A program made the translations under genes and the position numbers. DNA of 28,649 nt from a virus (taxonomy: Duplodnaviria > Caudoviricetes): positions 1 through 28,649 of IMG/VR virus record IMGVR_UViG_3300047403_000142. One strand, written 5' to 3'. Numbering within the stretch: the first letter of the stretch is position 1; each line of letters begins with the position of its first letter. Below the pieces are notes generated by a model. The model saw only the letters and a list, made by a program, of their open reading frames with translations, searched no databases and was not told where the DNA came from. Below are positions 23,977-28,649 of the stretch, piece by piece.

Positions 23977-25626
23977 CTATGACTCCGGTTGTATCACTGT
24001 TTTGCCGGATGACTGCACTGGCGGCGGTTCATCCTCCACGGCGAGCGTGATTGGACGGCGCGTTGCTTCATCCTTCCACGCCGTCTTGACCTCGGGCGGC
24101 ATGGGCGGCAACTGCATCTTCACGCGGAAGAAATTCTCGTCGTCGGCGCATGGCGTAACTACGCCAGCGCGGGCGGCGACGCCATAGGCATCTGCGGCGG
24201 TGCGGAGGTTGTCGGAATCAATATTAATGCCCTTCGTCGATGCAAGGCGTGCGTCCTCGGCAATGTCTTGGAACGTGTCTTCAATGTCACCGCCTGACTC
24301 GGCGATGATCTGGCGCTTGGACTTGAACCCGTTGGCGACGGCGGCAATGCTGGCGTTCACGTCCTTCTCTGGGTCAACCCATTGCCAGCGTCGGGCCTTC
24401 CACTCGTGCGCGTTGAACTTGTCAAACTTGCTGAACGGCAGATTGACCGCGCCGGAAAGCAGAGACATTTCTAGCCACTCGGGGAATATGGCTTGGCATA
24501 CCCTTTCGATGAACCATGTTTGGATTGCCTTCCATTCCTCGCGCTCGTCCAACAATCCGGCGCGGATGCTGGAATAATTCACCCCTTCCAAGTCATTCGC
24601 CAGCGTGTTGTAAGAGACACCAAGCCCGCTGCTGATTCCACGAAGAGTGGCTTTGACGAAGAACGGATAGGCTTGCGTCGGGTGCTGCGGGTCGTAGGGC
24701 ACAAACTCCGTGCCCATTGGCAAGTCTTCAAACTGGCCCGGTTCAAGAGATTGGATGAGGTTGCCTTGCGTGTCAGAAGGAAGCTCCTGACCGTCTGGTG
24801 TCTTGTGCGTGTAGAAACCGCCTTTCATGCACGCAATGCGCGACTGGATGAGTTCCGCCTCTTGGTAGGCTCCAAGCTGGTGCAGGCCGGACATTGCAGA
24901 GCAAAGCCATGTCACGCCGCTGGTCTGGCCGATGCGTTCCGGCAGGAACACATGTATGATTTCAGCGGCCGGGATGCGCTCGCGTTTGTAGCCGAGCGTC
25001 ACGCCGTTAATGTCGCCGGGATGACGTGACAGAATCCAGTAGGCCAGCGGGCGCATTGTGGACTTGTCATACTCCACGCCGAAACGAATAAGCGTGTTGC
25101 CGTCCACCTTCTCAAAGTCCCAATCGAGTTGGTCAATCTCGATCAGTTCCAACTGGAACCCGAACGGGCCGCGTGCCTGCCCCTTGTGTTTCCGCACCAG
25201 CACCGCGCCGTCGCGCGCGACGCTGCGAAGGATGAGCCGCTGCGTCTCATACCATGAATGCAGGCCGTTCAGTGAACAGTTGGTTGCCTTGCCCCATGCG
25301 TGCCATGCCGCTTCAATCTGGTTGTTGGCCTGCCGGTCATAGTCCCCGTTGAAATCCTTCACCTTCATCTGCAACCCGATGCCATCGGCCCCGAGCACGT
25401 TTTGCTCAAGCGCCTTCAGGTAGCGGCGCGCGTAATCGTTGTTGCGCTCAAGCTCGCGGGCGCGGGCGCGCAGACGCTTGGCATCGCCACGCATCTCCGT
25501 GTCGGCATTGGTGACGGCCGTAGTCCAGTCGTTCGTAAGTCGGGACATGGCCGCGCCCGCATAGTTCCGACGCGCTGTCTTGCGGACAAAGCCTAGACGG
25601 TTGGCAATGGTGTCAATGAGCTTCAT
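23977..25626 (-). CDS. Lambda-family portal protein
   Basis: LRARARELERNN, IRFGVEYD, ERIGQTSGV, VNYSSIRAG, WQWVDPEKD. Confidence 0.95.
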   Translation of the reverse strand: MKLIDTIANRLGFVRKTARRNYAGAAMSRLTNDWTTAVTNADTEMRGDAKRLRARARELERNNDYARRYLKALEQNVLGADGIGLQMKVKDFNGDYDRQANNQIEAAWHAWGKATNCSLNGLHSWYETQRLILRSVARDGAVLVRKHKGQARGPFGFQLELIEIDQLDWDFEKVDGNTLIRFGVEYDKSTMRPLAYWILSRHPGDINGVTLGYKRERIPAAEIIHVFLPERIGQTSGVTWLCSAMSGLHQLGAYQEAELIQSRIACMKGGFYTHKTPDGQELPSDTQGNLIQSLEPGQFEDLPMGTEFVPYDPQHPTQAYPFFVKATLRGISSGLGVSYNTLANDLEGVNYSSIRAGLLDEREEWKAIQTWFIERVCQAIFPEWLEMSLLSGAVNLPFSKFDKFNAHEWKARRWQWVDPEKDVNASIAAVANGFKSKRQIIAESGGDIEDTFQDIAEDARLASTKGINIDSDNLRTAADAYGVAARAGVVTPCADDENFFRVKMQLPPMPPEVKTAWKDEATRRPITLAVEDEPPPVQSSGKTVIQPES

Positions 25627-26207
25627 CGGGGGCGCGTCGGGTCAAACCGCACGAAGATGTTCCGCCGCGTGCCAAGACCGCGCGCAATCCGGTCGGCGGC
25701 AATCTCGTTCTGATATTCCACGCGGTATTGGTCGCGCAGCTTCTCGCGGTCTAACAGGCTCATTTTGGCGATGGAAAGCTCAAGGCCGCTCCATGAAACC
25801 AGCGTCTTGGAAGCCTCGGCAAGCTGCACTGTTTCAATGGCATCAAGCACTTGCTTGGCGTAGGAGCGCGGGTCAAAGCTGCTGGTCTGCGCGGCGAGAT
25901 TTGGATGGATTGTGACCAGCCCGTTGTAAATCTGGAAACGCTGCGAGGTTGCCGCCTTAGTGACGTAACCTTGCATGGCCCATTCGCCCGCCGTGTAGCC
26001 TGCCGTGGTTGAGGCCGTGACGCTTACCAGATGCAACGCGCCGGATGACGTGCCAGTGATGTTAATGACTGTCGCGCCTGACTTGCGGAGGGCATAGGAT
26101 GCAACCCACCCGTCGGAGGGCAGGTAGTCAGACAGGTCGCGCGTCCATTGAAGCGTGTCTCCGGCCGTGAATGCGAGCGGCTCGGCGCTGGGAATGTCAG
26201 CAGCCAT
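25623..26207 (-). CDS. Head completion / adaptor protein (lambda gpW position)
   Basis: Between terminase and portal; AGDTLQW N-terminal domain plus C-terminal gpW-like helix-strand-helix segment. Confidence 0.7.
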   Translation of the reverse strand: MAADIPSAEPLAFTAGDTLQWTRDLSDYLPSDGWVASYALRKSGATVINITGTSSGALHLVSVTASTTAGYTAGEWAMQGYVTKAATSQRFQIYNGLVTIHPNLAAQTSSFDPRSYAKQVLDAIETVQLAEASKTLVSWSGLELSIAKMSLLDREKLRDQYRVEYQNEIAADRIARGLGTRRNIFVRFDPTRPR

Positions 26208-26240
26208 TCAATAAGAGTGGTGTTTGTATCTCCGTTTGAC

Positions 26241-28190
26241 TCAACGCTTCCACGAGGTTGCGAAGTTGCCGCGCGGCGGGCGAGGTTGTCTTGCGGTTGT
26301 CCGCGCGGGCGGTGGCATCACCACGGCCTTAATTGGTGAAGCCTTCGGCTGAGTTGGCTGTTTGACTGGCGCGGCAGCCGGAACCGACTCTGCCGACTCT
26401 CTTCCGCGCTTCTCCATCTCCGCCGCAAGGCGTTCCAAGTTAGGCCGCTTGTGATATTGATGCACCGCCCACGCCGCGAGGTTATACACGCGAACGTCCA
26501 GAGCCTCGTTGCGCTTGCCGCTCGGCAGTATCCACACGCGCTTTGGAAAGCCGCGCTGGTAGATGGTCTTGCTCTGCTCGCTGGTCAACTGCTCAAAGTA
26601 TGACGGATCAAACCCAAACCCGCGCGGCCAATGGAAGTAACGCGGGCCTGGGGCGTCGAGCTTCAACCGCGCAAACACAAGGTCTTTGATGGTATCCACG
26701 CCGACGATGTAAAGCCGCGTCCCGTGCTTGTTTGGCTTTGGCGTGATGGTGAACATCATCGCCCCCGGCGTCAGGCGTCCAACCAGGGCGAGCACTCGCG
26801 GCTGTCGCGGCTTCACAAACCTATGCACATCCGGCCCGCTGAACCCAGCGTCAATGCCACACCGTTCAACCTTCAGGGTGCCGCCGCATTCGTGCCGATA
26901 CTCGCGTTCCAAGATGGTGTCCAACTGCCGCCATACCTCCTCCCGGCCGGGGTCGCCTATGAGCCGCCGAAACTCAATGCCCCAGCATTCCTCCTTCACG
27001 CCCCATCCGACAACCTCGACTTCGAGCCTGTCTTTTTGCACGTCCACAGCGGCGGTCAACGCGAGCACGTAGCGGGGCAGCACCGGGTTGTTTTCATCCT
27101 CTCCGCCGTATTCTTCCGCTCGTTGCATGAGCGGCGCGGCGTCCACCTTCTCTGCGGGCGGCTCGTAACTCTCGGCAAGGAAGGTGTTCGTCCATGCCTG
27201 CATCGTGAACTCTCCACCGGCCTTCGCGTCGAGATACTCACTAACCATCTGGTGAAGCCGACTGGCGAAACCCTTCTTCGCCGGAAACAAACTGGCCAGT
27301 CCGTTAAGCCGGTAGCCTCGAATCCCGGTGAACGGCGCGGTTGACCGCCATTGACCCCGCATCACCATCTCTCGCCGCGCCGTGTCATCGTGCAGCACGC
27401 CGCACTTGCCGCACTTCACCCTAGCTTCATTCGTTGACTTGTCCGGCCAGATGACTTGCTCCCATTTCAACACTTGATATGTCTCGCACGCGAGGCACGG
27501 GACAAACCATTCTCTCTTGTCTGTCTTCTCAAACCATTGCTCGATGCGTGACAAGCCTTTCACAGTCGGCGTGCTGCTCAACACTTGGATGCTGTCGCGG
27601 TAGTTGTCCGCGCGCCGGAACGCTAGCGCAATCGGGTCTCCTTCCGCGCCGTTGTCCATCGCGTCAATCTCATCGCAGATGACCACGGGTGCCTGTATCT
27701 GCCGGAATCCGCTGGGTGAGTTCGCGCCGATGGCGGAAATCTTGCCACCTGGAAATTGCTTTGAAAGAATGGTGTTGTTAGCATCGCGACTCCGCGAGTC
27801 TCTAATCTTCCCGCGCAGACATGGCGTGCTTTTCAGCATAGGAACGAAGAACTCCTTGCTCCATTTCTTCGCGCTGTCGAGCGTTGGATACACAACCAGA
27901 ATCCCTCTCGGGTTGTGGTGAATCGTGTAGCCTTCCAAGTTGTTCAAGAGTTCAGTCTTTCCCAAACGGGACGCCCAAAGGAGCACGGTGGTTTGAACGT
28001 CCTTGTCCGTGAATGACTCTTGCGGCTCGCTCTGATACGGAGCAGAGGTGACATGGTAACGGCCGGGGATTGCCGTCACATCCTTGCCAAGCCGACGATG
28101 TTCCTCGGCCCATTGCCAGACGTTTATGTCAGGAGGAGGCCGCAAGAGCTCAAGACACTTGACCGCCAGTGACACGGCTTCACTCATCAA
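26241..28190 (-). CDS. terL: Terminase large subunit, lambda gpA family
   Basis: WAEEHR, PYQ, ASRLGKT, CDEID, STPT, CLAC..CGKC, AVDVQKDR, IDAG, RNEALD. Confidence 0.95.
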   Translation of the reverse strand: MMSEAVSLAVKCLELLRPPPDINVWQWAEEHRRLGKDVTAIPGRYHVTSAPYQSEPQESFTDKDVQTTVLLWASRLGKTELLNNLEGYTIHHNPRGILVVYPTLDSAKKWSKEFFVPMLKSTPCLRGKIRDSRSRDANNTILSKQFPGGKISAIGANSPSGFRQIQAPVVICDEIDAMDNGAEGDPIALAFRRADNYRDSIQVLSSTPTVKGLSRIEQWFEKTDKREWFVPCLACETYQVLKWEQVIWPDKSTNEARVKCGKCGVLHDDTARREMVMRGQWRSTAPFTGIRGYRLNGLASLFPAKKGFASRLHQMVSEYLDAKAGGEFTMQAWTNTFLAESYEPPAEKVDAAPLMQRAEEYGGEDENNPVLPRYVLALTAAVDVQKDRLEVEVVGWGVKEECWGIEFRRLIGDPGREEVWRQLDTILEREYRHECGGTLKVERCGIDAGFSGPDVHRFVKPRQPRVLALVGRLTPGAMMFTITPKPNKHGTRLYIVGVDTIKDLVFARLKLDAPGPRYFHWPRGFGFDPSYFEQLTSEQSKTIYQRGFPKRVWILPSGKRNEALDVRVYNLAAWAVHQYHKRPNLERLAAEMEKRGRESAESVPAAAPVKQPTQPKASPIKAVVMPPPARTTARQPRPPRGNFATSWKR

Positions 28191-28608
28191 TCTCTTGACT
28201 CACGGGAGTCTTGTAATACTCGCCCACGGGTATCTGCCGCAGATCGTCCAGCAGGTCGCGCTTCTTTTGTTCGTCGAGTTCGCTGTTCATCACGCCGCTC
28301 CGCAGTCCGGCCAGCACCGCCTCCCATGCGGCCGCGACTTGATCGGCCGGTATCAACTGCCGCCGCTTCTCGCGCTCCTCAAGCTCAAGCAGGTTCGCGC
28401 GGTGCTTCACCTCGCGCAGCCGCTCGCTGTCGTAATCTCCGTGAACCGCGCGGACGAGCTGCAAGGTCGAGTAGTAGCCATCCGCCCCGGCCGCGATTTC
28501 CGCACGCCGAAGCCAAAGGGACAAGTCTTTGACCGCGCAAGCGAACTCGCGCGCGGCTTCGTCCAGTGACCAGCGTTTCAGCGGCGGCGGCTTGACGCCT
28601 CGTTTCAT
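28180..28608 (-). CDS. terS: Terminase small subunit (Nu1-like)
   Basis: N-terminal HTH-like segment, then ERLRE..ANLLELE..RRQLIPADQV coiled coil; overlaps the terL start. Confidence 0.8.
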   Translation of the reverse strand: MKRGVKPPPLKRWSLDEAAREFACAVKDLSLWLRRAEIAAGADGYYSTLQLVRAVHGDYDSERLREVKHRANLLELEEREKRRQLIPADQVAAAWEAVLAGLRSGVMNSELDEQKKRDLLDDLRQIPVGEYYKTPVSQEIDE

Positions 28609-28649
28609 GCGTTTTTCCTAATGTTTAACGATAAAGCGGCTCGCTAGGG

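Noticed and set aside
28609-28649. cos site upstream of terS
   Set aside because: Expected nearby for a lambda-type terminase, but only 41 nt are visible and no diagnostic pattern can be supported.

Overview
GC-rich tailed-phage (siphovirus-like) genome or prophage segment with two convergent arms. The + arm (1-9328) holds recombination and replication genes: Cas4-like exonuclease, DUF669/SSB-like protein, HNH endonuclease, SF2 helicase, VRR-NUC-like nuclease, DUF4326, PAPS-reductase-like protein, integron-type integrase and a primase-helicase. The - arm (28608-9325) holds a lambda-like terminase, head-completion protein and portal, an HK97-type protease-capsid fusion, neck and tail genes, an Asp-box tail fibre and a putative lysis region. 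The main finding is a miniature integron inside the early operon: an IntI-family integrase, an attI-like site directly before its ATG, and one cassette (4804-5727) with a canonical attC. The cassette gene is inverted relative to its attC, and the attC loop holds both the upstream gene's stop codon and the cassette gene's start codon. The integrase has a 1-nt frameshift just before its catalytic His/Tyr. Other oddities: an antisense ligase lacking its OB domain paired with a small DNA-binding gene inside the tail operon, a stand-alone response regulator in the lysis region, a candidate one-piece spanin, a gene insertion that duplicated the primase start, and a candidate structured RNA. All family calls come from motifs recognised by eye; no searches were run.
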